Origin: Deltaproteobacteria bacterium
GTDB lineage: Bacteria > Desulfobacterota > Binatia > UBA9968 > JAJDTQ01
Assembly (NCBI GenBank): GCA_028818755.1
Contig: JAPPNF010000148.1
Location: forward strand, 5,514 to 69,513
Length of the DNA: 64,000 nt
Direction: 5' to 3'
The notes below the pieces were generated by a model that saw only the letters and a list, made by a program, of their open reading frames with translations, was not told the DNA's origin and searched no databases. The translations under genes and the position numbers were made by a program. Below are positions 1 to 9,999 of this stretch, piece after piece. Position 1 is the stretch's first letter; every line of letters starts with the position of its first letter.

Positions 1-561
1 GAGCAGCTCGATCTCTTCCTCCGGAAAGTCGATGGCGGCCTCCACTTGCACCAGGGTGTCCACAAGCTGTTCCCGCAACTCCTGGACCTCTTGCGACAAG
101 CCGCCTTCCATCTGGCCCAGCGCCACACCAGCGGCCTTGTCCGTGCGTGACCGGATCAGATCCAGTACCGCTTCGGCTTGCGCCAAATCCAACCGTCCAT
201 TCAAAAATGCTCTCTTGGTGAACTCCCCGGGTTCCGCGTGCCGGGCGCCACACGAAAGCGCCAGACCGAGCACCCGACGCACGACGACGGGGCCGCCGTG
301 GCAGTGGATCTCCACGGTATCCTCACCCGTGTAGCTCCTGGGCTCCCGCAGGAAGGCGAACATGACCTCGTCGACCACCGACCCGCCATCCGGATCGCAA
401 ACTTTCCCGTAGTACAACCGGTGCGATTCCCAGTCGACCTCCCCGCCGGAGAGGATCTCCGTACCGATTCGCTTGGCGTCAGGGCCGCTCAATCGCACCA
501 CGGCCACACCCCCTTCACCCGGGGGCGTCGCGACCGCCGCTATCGTGTCCGCCTTGTACAT
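1..561 (-). CDS. mnmE: tRNA modification GTPase MnmE (5' part; runs off the window edge)
   Basis: Minus strand from ATG 561 reads MYKADTIAAVATPPGEGGVAVVRLSG...PGEFTKRAFLNGRLDLAQAEAV, which are MnmE motifs. Absent from the ORF track because there is no stop in the window. Confidence 0.95.
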   Translation of the reverse strand, partial: MYKADTIAAVATPPGEGGVAVVRLSGPDAKRIGTEILSGGEVDWESHRLYYGKVCDPDGGSVVDEVMFAFLREPRSYTGEDTVEIHCHGGPVVVRRVLGLALSCGARHAEPGEFTKRAFLNGRLDLAQAEAVLDLIRSRTDKAAGVALGQMEGGLSQEVQELREQLVDTLVQVEAAIDFPEEEIELL

Positions 562-720
562 AAAGTATTCGGCCTCAACCCGTGTCACCGGCTTTGACGG
601 CCATTATATCCTATCCGCCTGCGTGTTGCGTCCGCTCCAGGCAACCTCGAACAGCCGTCGCGCGGCGTATTCGCCTCCTGTGGAAAACTGTGTTAAATAC
701 CCGATTCGGATAGGAATGCC

Positions 721-1779
721 ATGAGCCAAACCACCGACGACCTGAGAATCGAAACCTTGCGCCCGCTGTTGCCGCCGATGATCCTGGTGAACGAGGAATT
801 GCCGATTACCGAGCAGGCGACTGCCACGGTCACCAAGGCCCGCCAAGAGATCGAGGCGATCCTTGAAGGCCGTGACCAGCGGCTGCTGGTGATCTCCGGC
901 CCGTGCTCCATTCATGATTCGGACGCGGCGCTCGAGTACGCCGACCGCTTTAAAAAGGAAGCCGGTCGCCTGGCCGACGACCTGCTGATCATCATGCGCG
1001 TCTACTTCGAGAAGCCGCGCACGACCGTGGGCTGGAAGGGCCTGATCAACGACCCGGACCTCGACGGCGGGTTCAACATCAACAAGGGGCTGCGGCTTGC
1101 CCGGGGCCTGCTGCTGGAGCTGGCCAACATGGGCCTGCCCGCGGGGTCCGAGTTCCTGGACACCATCACGCCGCAGTTCACCGCCGACCTGGTTTCATGG
1201 GGCGCCATCGGCGCGCGCACGACCGAGAGCCAGGTGCACCGGGAGCTGGCCTCCGGACTGTCCATGCCCGTCGGGTTCAAGAACGGCACCGGCGGCTCGA
1301 TCCAAATCGCCATCGACGGGGTGCGCGCCGCGCGACACCCGCACCATTTCCTCGGCGTCACCCATCAGGGTATCGCCGCGGTGATCTCAACCTCGGGGAA
1401 CGAGAGCTGCCACGTCATCCTGAGAGGTTCCAACGGCGGCTGCAACTTCGACCGCGCCGTGGTGGACGAAACCGCGCGGACGCTCCGCGACGCCAACCTT
1501 CCGCATCGCGTGCTCGTCGACTGCAGCCACGGCAACAGCCAGAAAGACTACACGCGCCAACCCGAAGTCTGCGTCGATGTCTGCGAACAGGTAGCTTCCG
1601 GTTCCGACAACATCTGCGGCGTCATGATGGAGAGCCACCTGGTGGCGGGTCGCCAGGACATCAAGCCCGACACGCCTCTCACCTACGGGCAGAGCGTCAC
1701 CGACGCCTGCATCGACTGGGAAACCACCGTCCCCATGCTCGAAGACCTCGCCCGGGCCTCGGCGCAGCGGCGCTCCTGA
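721..1779 (+). CDS. aroG: 3-deoxy-7-phosphoheptulonate (DAHP) synthase, class I
   Basis: GPCSIHD, RVYFEKPRTTVGWKG, GAIGARTTESQVHR and YGQSVTDAC motifs. Confidence 0.95.
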   Translation: MSQTTDDLRIETLRPLLPPMILVNEELPITEQATATVTKARQEIEAILEGRDQRLLVISGPCSIHDSDAALEYADRFKKEAGRLADDLLIIMRVYFEKPRTTVGWKGLINDPDLDGGFNINKGLRLARGLLLELANMGLPAGSEFLDTITPQFTADLVSWGAIGARTTESQVHRELASGLSMPVGFKNGTGGSIQIAIDGVRAARHPHHFLGVTHQGIAAVISTSGNESCHVILRGSNGGCNFDRAVVDETARTLRDANLPHRVLVDCSHGNSQKDYTRQPEVCVDVCEQVASGSDNICGVMMESHLVAGRQDIKPDTPLTYGQSVTDACIDWETTVPMLEDLARASAQRRS

Positions 1780-1824
1780 ACGGGCCGAACCTGGGGTCGT
1801 GTCCCACCTGATTCCTGACCAATC

Positions 1825-4014
1825 TCAGGAGTTTTCTGCGCTATCAGGGGCCGCGTCACCGAAGCCCAGCGATTCGAGCACGGGACCGAAGTACCCCGCG
1901 AAGGTGCCCGTCACGGAACCGTCGACGATCAGACGCTGGTCGTCACCGCAATGGATGACAAGGGCATCCGCCAGGGGGCGTGACAACCGGCTGAAACGAA
2001 CCTCGTCTTTCAGGTAGGTTCTCGACTCGCCGTCGTCGAGTGAGAGATCCTCCTTCGGAACATCCCCCACAACGACGCGGTCGGCAAACAGGAGCACCCA
2101 GCACGCCCGCGCGTTGCCGGACGACGCCTCGAACACCGCGACGGCCTCGTTCTGACCGTCGGAAAAGACGGCTCCGCCTGCCGGCGCAGGGAGTTCCTGG
2201 TCGCCGATCTGCCGCAGGACAGCCGGCGCCGACCCTGGCGGGACGGTGGACAGCGTCCCGTACTTCAGGCGATCACGCAGCCGCGACTCCACCGCATTCA
2301 GATATCGCGACCAGAGCGCAGTGACCTGCTTACGCTCCGGGAGCAACACCGAAGCATTGAACAGCACCATATGGTCGTGTTCGACCGGCCAGTCCGCCGC
2401 AGCCTTCTTCGCCAGCAGATCGACGAAGGACGCGATCAATGGTTCAGCCAGGGGGTCTCCGACCAGATCCCGCGGGGGCTCGATCGAGTATTGCTCACTT
2501 TCCGCAACGCGGCCGGAATCGAGGCCGCCATCGTCGAAGGCGATCGGCATCGCCTTCTCCAGCAGCACGCGGTTCACGCCGACATCCCCGATTCGCTTGC
2601 GCGCCGCCACCGCGAACGCGCTGCCTTCGATCACCTGCCGCGCTTCCCCGATGTCGAGCCGGCACCAGTCGCGGGCAAGCATCGCGAGATGGATGAATCC
2701 CTCCTCGATGCGTATCTCCTCGCGGCTGCCGGCGTCGATCAGATCGATCTGCAGACCCATCGACAGCCCCTTCTCCATTTCCTCTATCGCCTTGCTGGCG
2801 TTCGGCTCATTCAATCCGCGCAGGTCCCGCAGGATCGCCCCGAGACACTCGGCAATCGCCTGGCGTTGCGCGAGGGGCAAGGACGCGAAGTCGATCGGGG
2901 GCGTCAGCGCGGGGTCCGGTTCACCGTCGTCGGCAAGTGTGCGCAGCAGCGCCAACTTGGCGAACTCGTCCGGAATCCGTGCGCGCAGAATGCGGTCCAG
3001 CAGGAGCTTGCGGTTGTGGTCGATGCCCGGAACCAGCTTGTGAATGCGAAGCGCCTCGACGAGCCCCAGCCAGTCAGCCGTCCGAGTCGTGCGGCTTGGA
3101 TCGTACGTGCGCGCCACCTGCAGATAGACCAGCGCTACGGAACCTTCCAGCAGTTCCTTCAGCCAGCCTTCGGCGTACCTCTGGATCACGTGTTTGCCGA
3201 CCCTCGTTAGTGCCTCTCCGGCGAGAGTCGACGCTACCAGCGTGACCGGGTTCGCACCGAGGGCAATGCGAGCGGCCAGCGTCGCGCCACGCACATAGTG
3301 TTGCCAAGGCGTGTACATCCGGTACAGGTGGCGAACCTGCTGCACCCGTTCTAGCCACACCACGACTTCCCTCACGGTCCAACCTGTGACATTGACGACC
3401 GGCGCCTGCCGTGCCGCTTGCAGGAGGTCGCCGATCGCAGACCGTGCAGCAAACGCGATGTCACCGATGCGCGCATCGAGCTCCGCTTTCTCGGTCTCCT
3501 TCCCGTACAGGCGGGCGACTTCCTTCACTACATCGCGGATTTCGTCGAAAATGGCGCGGCCATCCAGGCCGGCGATCTCCCAGCGCTCCTGCTTCACGTA
3601 GCGCCGGTCACGGATACCATCCCAGACGCGGTCGCATCGGTCCTGGATCATTCTCCCGAGCCGCACGTCCAGTTCCGACGGCGTGCCGGCCGTTTCGGAG
3701 CCGTGAGACCGCTGGAGCGCGCTCCAGGCCTGCTCCACCGGCGACACGCCCTCGGCGAGCCAGCGCTCCTCAACCTCTCTTCGATCGCGCTCACGCAGTT
3801 CGTCGATGTGCCGCTCGACCTCCGCGACGAGTCCTCGGTCAGCGGCGGCGGATCGCGCGAGGCCCGCCGCGAAACCGAGCGCGCCGGCGCCGAGCAGGAT
3901 GAGAGCAATCCCCACCTCTACCGAGAGCAGGAAAAAGAGAGAAACCCCGGAAACCGTGACACCGCATCCTGCGAGCAACCAGCCGACGGACGCGCTTATT
4001 CGGATCAGTCGCAT
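1825..4014 (-). CDS. Large membrane-anchored hypothetical protein (~729 aa)
   Basis: Long ORF with two N-terminal hydrophobic helices, a helical body and a beta-rich C-terminus. Start moved to ATG 4014 (AAGGA upstream). Confidence 0.8.
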   Translation of the reverse strand: MRLIRISASVGWLLAGCGVTVSGVSLFFLLSVEVGIALILLGAGALGFAAGLARSAAADRGLVAEVERHIDELRERDRREVEERWLAEGVSPVEQAWSALQRSHGSETAGTPSELDVRLGRMIQDRCDRVWDGIRDRRYVKQERWEIAGLDGRAIFDEIRDVVKEVARLYGKETEKAELDARIGDIAFAARSAIGDLLQAARQAPVVNVTGWTVREVVVWLERVQQVRHLYRMYTPWQHYVRGATLAARIALGANPVTLVASTLAGEALTRVGKHVIQRYAEGWLKELLEGSVALVYLQVARTYDPSRTTRTADWLGLVEALRIHKLVPGIDHNRKLLLDRILRARIPDEFAKLALLRTLADDGEPDPALTPPIDFASLPLAQRQAIAECLGAILRDLRGLNEPNASKAIEEMEKGLSMGLQIDLIDAGSREEIRIEEGFIHLAMLARDWCRLDIGEARQVIEGSAFAVAARKRIGDVGVNRVLLEKAMPIAFDDGGLDSGRVAESEQYSIEPPRDLVGDPLAEPLIASFVDLLAKKAAADWPVEHDHMVLFNASVLLPERKQVTALWSRYLNAVESRLRDRLKYGTLSTVPPGSAPAVLRQIGDQELPAPAGGAVFSDGQNEAVAVFEASSGNARACWVLLFADRVVVGDVPKEDLSLDDGESRTYLKDEVRFSRLSRPLADALVIHCGDDQRLIVDGSVTGTFAGYFGPVLESLGFGDAAPDSAENS

Positions 4015-4064
4015 GTCACCATCCTTATGAGCCTGTCCGGGTATTCCCAAGGGCAGCGGAAGGG

Positions 4065-4188
4065 GTCCTTCGACTTCGCGACGCTGCGCGTCGCTACGCT
4101 CAGGACGAACGGTTTCTCCGTTCGTCCTGAGCCCTTCGACAAGCTCAAGACAGGCGTAGCGACATGAAGCGTCGCGAAGTCGAAGGAC
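4065..4188. repeat. Palindromic repeat family A, paired arms with a nested 23-bp insert
   Basis: GTCCTTCGACTTCGC...GCTACGCTCAGGACGAACGG and its reverse complement, 5-nt loop. Confidence 0.9.
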
Positions 4189-4211
4189 AGTTCGATTGCT
4201 CGGGCGGGCTC

Positions 4212-5306
4212 CTAAAGGTCCACGGCCCGCCCCTGCTCCGACGACTCCGCGATGGCGTCGACGAGTCGGTGCAGGTCCACGGCCGTGTTGAAGTCGGGTT
4301 CACAGTGCGTGCCGTTGCGGATGGCCTCGGCGAACCTCACGTACATTTCGCCGACGTTCCTCGGCTCCTTCTCCGGGGTCTCCGCCGGCGCCTTTGTGTA
4401 CTCGGGCGGTACCGGAAGGTCCTGGAGACCGGAATCTCCCGCCTTGGCTCCCCGAAGACGGACGACCTCAAGCTGCGGCGTGTTGTCGGACGTGGCCACG
4501 AGGGTACCCTCGCGACCGTAGATCTCCATGCCGTATCCGTACGCCTTCCAGGGTATGGCTGCCACATAGACCGAAGCCACCGCGCCGCTCGCCAGCCGCC
4601 CGCTCACCAGCACGTTGTCCGGAGAAGTGACGTCCACGTAGCGCTGCGTATCGGTCTCCAGCCACTGTCGTGCCTGAGTGCTCACCACGGCGGACACGGA
4701 ACTGAAATCTCCCACGATGAAACGTAGCGCGTCGATGGTGTGGCCGTGGGCGATGGTCAAGGCGTTGGCACCCAAAGACGCGTCCTTTTGCCAGCTCCGG
4801 TCCGAGGGCCAGCTCAGTATGCCGCCTCGGGCCACGCTCACGTGGCAGGCCATGACCTCGCCCACGTAGCCGTCCACCACTAGGTCCCGGGCGTAGACGA
4901 TGGCCGGGTTGGCCCTAGCCTGGAGCCCCACCATGTGCGTGAGCCCCCGGGCCTCGGCAAGGTCACGCATCTCCACGGCCTCGGCCCGGGTCTTTCCCAG
5001 CGGCCACTCGGTGAACACGTGCTTGCCCGCGTTGAGCGCATCCATGGTGACCTGGTAGTGGGCCGGCACCCGCAGCAACACCGCGACCGCTTCGACGTCG
5101 GGGCAGGCCAGCATCTCGCGGTAGTCGTCGAACGCCATCTTCGCGCCGTACTTCGCGGCCGACTCCTCGGCGCTCTCCTTGCGGGTGGTGCACACCGCCG
5201 TCAACTCGACGTCGCGGCTCGGCACGATAGCGGGCAAGTGGCCCCTCGGACCCCATCCGCGCGTGGGATTGGCGCCGATAACACCCAGTTTGATCTTTTC
5301 TGCCAT
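4212..5306 (-). CDS. Gfo/Idh/MocA family oxidoreductase
   Basis: N-terminal Rossmann fold KLGVIGA; AGKHVFTEWP. Confidence 0.9.
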   Translation of the reverse strand: MAEKIKLGVIGANPTRGWGPRGHLPAIVPSRDVELTAVCTTRKESAEESAAKYGAKMAFDDYREMLACPDVEAVAVLLRVPAHYQVTMDALNAGKHVFTEWPLGKTRAEAVEMRDLAEARGLTHMVGLQARANPAIVYARDLVVDGYVGEVMACHVSVARGGILSWPSDRSWQKDASLGANALTIAHGHTIDALRFIVGDFSSVSAVVSTQARQWLETDTQRYVDVTSPDNVLVSGRLASGAVASVYVAAIPWKAYGYGMEIYGREGTLVATSDNTPQLEVVRLRGAKAGDSGLQDLPVPPEYTKAPAETPEKEPRNVGEMYVRFAEAIRNGTHCEPDFNTAVDLHRLVDAIAESSEQGRAVDL

Positions 5307-5367
5307 ATTGCTTCTTTCTGGCTAAGTCATTTGGCTACATATGGAAACTACAGTCCAAGATCCGACC

Positions 5368-7410
5368 CTATGCTTCAAGCAGCGGCTTGAGCCCCTCCCA
5401 GTCGGTCACCGGCGGCGCGCAGGTAAAATTCCGGCAGACGTACACCGTGGGCTTGCCGCCGACCTGCGATTTCCCCTCCAGCAGCGGGGAGATTTCCTCC
5501 AGCTTTGCATCCGGACTGACCCACTGGAGCGTCTTGTTGGGCAGGTAGCTGTCCTGTACCTGTTGCACGATGCCGCGCGCATCCGGGTCATCCCTTCCCG
5601 CCACCATCACAATCTCCGCGGGCTTCGACAGGTGGAAGTCCAGGGCCCCCAGCATGGTGGCCAGACCGAACGGTTCCCTCGCCATGTTGTCGTAGTGAAG
5701 GCGCAGCACTTTCTCCGCGCGCTCCAGCAGGTCCTGCTCCCCGGTGTAGTGGTGGAGCCGCACGAGCACCAGCGCCGCCACCGAGTTGCCCGACGGGATG
5801 GAGTGGTCGAACCCGGGCTTGGTGCGGCTGATGAGCTGCTCGTGGGACTTGCCGGTGTAGAAGAACCCGCCGTTCGTCTCGTCCCAGAACTCCTCCACCA
5901 TGGTCCGCGCCAGGGCCTTGGCCCGCTCCAGCAACTCGCCCTCGTGGGTCGCCTCGAACAGGTCCAGCAGGCCGGCGATCAGGAAGGCGTAGTCGTCCAG
6001 ATAACCGAGCAGCTTGGCCTGCCCGTCCTTGTAGGTGTGCAGCAGCAGCCCCTTGTCGAACATCCGCGTGAAGATGAAGTCCACGGTGCGGGCGCCGGCG
6101 TCGCGGATGCGCGCGTCGCCGGTGATGGCGTAGGCCGCGGCCACGCCCGACAGCATCAGGCCGTTCCAGGAGACGATGACCTTCTCGTCGCGAAAGGGCT
6201 TGATCCGCTTCTCACGCTCCTCGAAGAGGCGCGCCCGGGCGCCGGCCAGCACGCTCTCGATCTCCTCCTCGTCCCTCTTGAAATACTTGGCCGCCTGCTC
6301 GACCGTCAGGATGGGGTGCAGGATGTTCTTGCCCTCGAAGTTGCCGAGATCCGAGACATCGTAGAAACGGCAGAAGATCTCACCGTGCTCCTTGCCCAGG
6401 AGTTCCAGGACCTGCTCGCGGGTCCACACGAAGAACTTGCCTTCCTCCCCCTCGCTGTCCGCGTCCTGGGCGGAGTAGAAGCCGCCTTCGGCTTGGCACA
6501 TCTCGCGCAGCACGTACTCCAGGGTTTCCTCGACGATGCGCTTGAAGAATCCGTCCTTGGTGATCCGGTATGCCTCGGCGTAAACCTGCGCGAGCTGCCC
6601 GTTGTCGTAGAGCATCTTCTCGAAGTGGGGCACGAGCCACTTGTCGTCCACGGAGTACCGGTGGAAGCCGCCGCCGAGCTGGTCGTACATGCCTCCCTCG
6701 GCCATCTTCCGCAGCGTCTCGGTGATCATCTCCAGGTAGCGCCGGTTCCCCGACAGCCGGTAGGCGCGCAGGAACATGTTGAACACCCCGGCGTTGGGAA
6801 ACTTGGGCGCTCGGCCGAAGCCGCCGTGGGTTGCGTCGTAGGCCGGTGTCAGACCCTCCGCGCCGCGGGTGACGAGCTCCACGCTCAGCTCGCCGCCGGT
6901 CAGGTTCAGCACGCTCATGCGGTCCAGCGCCGCCACGATCTGGTCGACGTTCCTGGCGACGTCCTGCGGCTTGTTGCGGTAGGCCTCCACCACCGCCTTG
7001 AGCACACGCGGAAAGCCCGGCATGCCGTGCCGGTCCTCGGGCGGGTAGTAGGTGCCGCCGAAGAACGGCTTCCCCTCCGGGGTCAGGAACACGGTCATGG
7101 GCCACCCGCCCCGCTTGGTGAGCAACTGGACGGCGTTCATGTAGATCTCGTCCAGGTCCGGCCGCTCTTCCCGGTCCACCTTGATGCTGACGAAGTTCTC
7201 GTTCATCAGCGCGGCGATGGCCTCGTCCTCGAAGGACTCGTGCTCCATCACGTGGCACCAGTGGCAGGCGGAGTAGCCGATGCTCAGCAGGACCGGCTTG
7301 TCTTCCGCCCGGGCCTTGGCGAAGGCCTCCTCTCCCCAAGGATACCAGTCCACGGGGTTGCCGGCGTGCTGCAGCAGGTACGGGCTCGTCTCGTTAGCCA
7401 GGCGGTTCAT
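5368..7410 (-). CDS. yyaL: Thioredoxin-domain protein YyaL/DUF255 (SPATA20-like)
   Basis: [42 protein letters not shown]. Confidence 0.93.
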   Translation of the reverse strand: MNRLANETSPYLLQHAGNPVDWYPWGEEAFAKARAEDKPVLLSIGYSACHWCHVMEHESFEDEAIAALMNENFVSIKVDREERPDLDEIYMNAVQLLTKRGGWPMTVFLTPEGKPFFGGTYYPPEDRHGMPGFPRVLKAVVEAYRNKPQDVARNVDQIVAALDRMSVLNLTGGELSVELVTRGAEGLTPAYDATHGGFGRAPKFPNAGVFNMFLRAYRLSGNRRYLEMITETLRKMAEGGMYDQLGGGFHRYSVDDKWLVPHFEKMLYDNGQLAQVYAEAYRITKDGFFKRIVEETLEYVLREMCQAEGGFYSAQDADSEGEEGKFFVWTREQVLELLGKEHGEIFCRFYDVSDLGNFEGKNILHPILTVEQAAKYFKRDEEEIESVLAGARARLFEEREKRIKPFRDEKVIVSWNGLMLSGVAAAYAITGDARIRDAGARTVDFIFTRMFDKGLLLHTYKDGQAKLLGYLDDYAFLIAGLLDLFEATHEGELLERAKALARTMVEEFWDETNGGFFYTGKSHEQLISRTKPGFDHSIPSGNSVAALVLVRLHHYTGEQDLLERAEKVLRLHYDNMAREPFGLATMLGALDFHLSKPAEIVMVAGRDDPDARGIVQQVQDSYLPNKTLQWVSPDAKLEEISPLLEGKSQVGGKPTVYVCRNFTCAPPVTDWEGLKPLLEA

Positions 7411-7437
7411 CGAAATATCTCCTATCCATCACGAACA

Positions 7438-7797
7438 CTAGTACTTCCGCACCACCGCGACCACCACGCCGCGGATCTCCACCTCTTCTTCCGCGGCCAC
7501 GATGGGGGCGAGCTCCTCGTCAGCGGAACGCAGCACGACTTTCCCGTCCCGGCGGTGGTATTGCCTGACCGAGGGCTCGCCCCTGACCAGCGCCACCACC
7601 GTGTCGCCATCTCGCGCCGCGGGCGTTGACCGCGCCAGGACGAGGTCGCCGTCGCGGAGTTGCTCCGCGGCCATGGAATCGCCACGGACTCGCAGGGCGA
7701 ACGTGCCGGGGCTTCGCAGCAGCTCCCTGGGAGCGCCGGGCGCGTCGTCCGGCTCCACCGGCTCGAGCACCCGCCCCTGACGCTTGGCAACGGTCAT
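7438..7797 (-). CDS. LexA/S24 peptidase-like C-terminal domain only (no DNA-binding domain, atypical active site)
   Basis: FALRVRGDSM..RDGD..DGDTVVAL..IRGVVVAVVRKY. An in-frame stop 9 codons upstream of the ATG rules out an N-terminal wHTH. Confidence 0.85.
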   Translation of the reverse strand: MTVAKRQGRVLEPVEPDDAPGAPRELLRSPGTFALRVRGDSMAAEQLRDGDLVLARSTPAARDGDTVVALVRGEPSVRQYHRRDGKVVLRSADEELAPIVAAEEEVEIRGVVVAVVRKY

Positions 7798-7824
7798 CGG
7801 ATCATCCCGGCGCCTTCCAGCCTA

Positions 7825-8127
7825 TCAGCCTTCGGAATCGATGGCACCCTTGGCGACGTCGACCATGCCCTGGGCCTTGACGGCGTTGGCGTCGCCGGCG
7901 CCGTAGAACTTCCCGAGGTAGGCCGCCACCTTGCGCAACACCTCGTGATGCGCCTCCGCACACGCGGCGCGCGCGTCCGACGACAGCTCGTTGAACTCCC
8001 GCTCGATGTTGCCCAGCCACCCCGGCAGGTACTCGGTCTCGATGTCCTCGCCGGTGTATAGGTAGCCTTCCAGCGAACCCACCCTGGCCGCCAGGCCGTA
8101 GACCTGTTTGATATCGGCTGCATCCAT
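7825..8127 (-). CDS. Hypothetical helical protein (100 aa)
   Basis: Good RBS (GGAGGA), normal composition, operonic spacing. Confidence 0.75.
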   Translation of the reverse strand: MDAADIKQVYGLAARVGSLEGYLYTGEDIETEYLPGWLGNIEREFNELSSDARAACAEAHHEVLRKVAAYLGKFYGAGDANAVKAQGMVDVAKGAIDSEG

Positions 8128-8184
8128 GATCGCGTCCTCCCTTTGGTCGTGAAACGAACGGCGGGGCAGGGGATTCCGGCTTCT

Positions 8185-9219
8185 CTACGGCCTTTCCGTA
8201 AACCCCGCGCGACGGTTCTTCTGATACTTCCTCACCGCCGAATTGTGCTCCCGGAGGCTCTCGGAGAAGTAGTGGCTGCCGTCATTCCTGGACACGAAGT
8301 ACAGGTAGCCGACGTCCGCCGGGAACAGGGCCGCCTTCATCGCGGCCAGTCCGGGATTGGCGATGGGCCCCGTGGGCAGGCCGTTGATCCTGTAGGTATT
8401 GTAGGGGCCGGGCGTTCGGAGATCCTCCCGCGTCAGGTCGCCGTTGAAGTCCTCCAGACCGTAGATGACCGTCGGATCGCTCTGAAGCCGCATGCCTCGC
8501 TTCAGGCGGTTGTGGAAGACGGCGGAGACAATCGGCATCTCGTCCAGGGGCCCGCCTTCCTTCTCGATGATCGACGCCAGGGTTACCAACTGGTGCCGGG
8601 TCAAGCCGAGCTGCCTGGCGCGCACCTCCATTTCGGCGGTGAAGGTGTCCTTGAACTCGGTGAACATGGTCTTGACGATTTCTTCTTCCGTGGCCAGCGC
8701 ACGGAAGAAATAGGTGGTGGGGAACAGATAGCCTTCCATGCTGCCGGTCCCGAGGGAGGCAAGGACCGCCGGCTCACTCACGGCCGCGGCAAACCTCTCT
8801 GGCGTTGCCAGTCCCTTTCGTTCCAGCAGTCGGCCGATCTGGCGGACCGTGAAGCCCTCGGGAATCGTGACCTTGTGGACCACGGTCCTGCCACGGACGA
8901 GACCGTCGAGCACCGAGCGGGGCGACGCCGCCCCCTCGAAGCGGTAGAGGCCGCGATGAACCCTGGTATCGAGTCCGTGAAGCCGCGTCCAGAACACGAA
9001 CAGACGGGGGTGGGAGACGACGCCCTTGTCGGCGAGCTCGCGCGCCACCGCCGAGAACGTGTCACCGCGCCGGACCTCGATTTCCGCAACCGATGAACGG
9101 CCGTGATAGGGGGTCAGGAGAAACGCGGCAAGGTAACCGAGGACGAAGAAGGCGGCAAGAAGGACGAGGCCGCCGGCAACCAGGAAGCCTCTACGACTGG
9201 TGGGCGGGGACTCCGGCAC
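8185..9219 (-). CDS. mltG: Endolytic transglycosylase MltG
   Basis: N-terminal TM helix, TIPEG, EGYLFP, LASIIEKE, LQSDPT, YNTY..GLP.GPI.NPG. GTG start chosen. Confidence 0.95.
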   Translation of the reverse strand: MPESPPTSRRGFLVAGGLVLLAAFFVLGYLAAFLLTPYHGRSSVAEIEVRRGDTFSAVARELADKGVVSHPRLFVFWTRLHGLDTRVHRGLYRFEGAASPRSVLDGLVRGRTVVHKVTIPEGFTVRQIGRLLERKGLATPERFAAAVSEPAVLASLGTGSMEGYLFPTTYFFRALATEEEIVKTMFTEFKDTFTAEMEVRARQLGLTRHQLVTLASIIEKEGGPLDEMPIVSAVFHNRLKRGMRLQSDPTVIYGLEDFNGDLTREDLRTPGPYNTYRINGLPTGPIANPGLAAMKAALFPADVGYLYFVSRNDGSHYFSESLREHNSAVRKYQKNRRAGFTERP

Positions 9220-9221
9220 TG

Positions 9222-9794
9222 TCAGTTGTCGGTTACGTTCACCTTCATCCATCCTTCGATCTGCTTCAGGAAACCGGCGAATGGATCATCCTTCTTCGGC
9301 GCAGCCGCGAAGTAGGCCTTGTGCATGTAGTCGAGCGCTCCGGACAGGTACTCGAACTTCTCCGAGAGCTCCTGGAAAAGCAGGAACCCGGTCCGGTAGA
9401 GCGACAGGTCCACTTCGGAGACCTTCCGGTAGGACCGGCGGCCCTCCTGCAGGTAGTAGTCCAGGTAGCCGCCGCGCTCCACGTAGGAACGGAAGATCCC
9501 GCTCATGAAGAGCGTGTAGTCACCGAGATACTTCCGCATCCGCCGTTCCTGCATGAGCGGGTTTTCGCGGAAGACCGCCTCGTCGTCCGCCACCAGCATC
9601 TCCACCACGCTGTCCAGCCTCTGGTTCCTGCGCGAGCGCACGCGATACAGCCGGTCGCTGCGGGCGAATTCCGTCAGCACGTCCGCCACATAGCCGGTCA
9701 CCTCGGCATCGCGGATCCCCAACTCGCCGAAGCATCGCTGCGTCATGTTGAGGAAAAACCCCTGCAACCGGTCTTTCGAAAGGATCTTTGTCAT
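9222..9794 (-). CDS. Conserved-looking hypothetical protein (LGDYTLFMSGIF motif)
   Basis: Clean ORF ending 2 bp upstream of mltG. Confidence 0.8.
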   Translation of the reverse strand: MTKILSKDRLQGFFLNMTQRCFGELGIRDAEVTGYVADVLTEFARSDRLYRVRSRRNQRLDSVVEMLVADDEAVFRENPLMQERRMRKYLGDYTLFMSGIFRSYVERGGYLDYYLQEGRRSYRKVSEVDLSLYRTGFLLFQELSEKFEYLSGALDYMHKAYFAAAPKKDDPFAGFLKQIEGWMKVNVTDN

Positions 9795-9999
9795 GGCGTC
9801 ACCCGTGGCAGGGTATGCCAACAGGAAACGGCGGGGATGTCAACTGAATTCGCGGGGTGGTTGACCGCGGTCGTGGCGGCAGCGGCCGCTTCGCGGGAGC
9901 GTCGACACAGCAGATCCGCCCGCGGGCACCATTGCGTCCAGTCTCGACGCCGCGTAGGGTAGAGGTACGCTCCCCGAGGTATCTTTCGAAGGCGCTTCC

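Noticed and set aside
5341-7629. 762-aa plus-strand ORF
   Set aside because: Antisense shadow of yyaL; typical stop-poor reverse frame in high-GC DNA.
9795-9999. Possible TPP riboswitch upstream of thiD
   Set aside because: Only GCGTAGGG matches; the CTGAGA and CCTGA core elements are missing.
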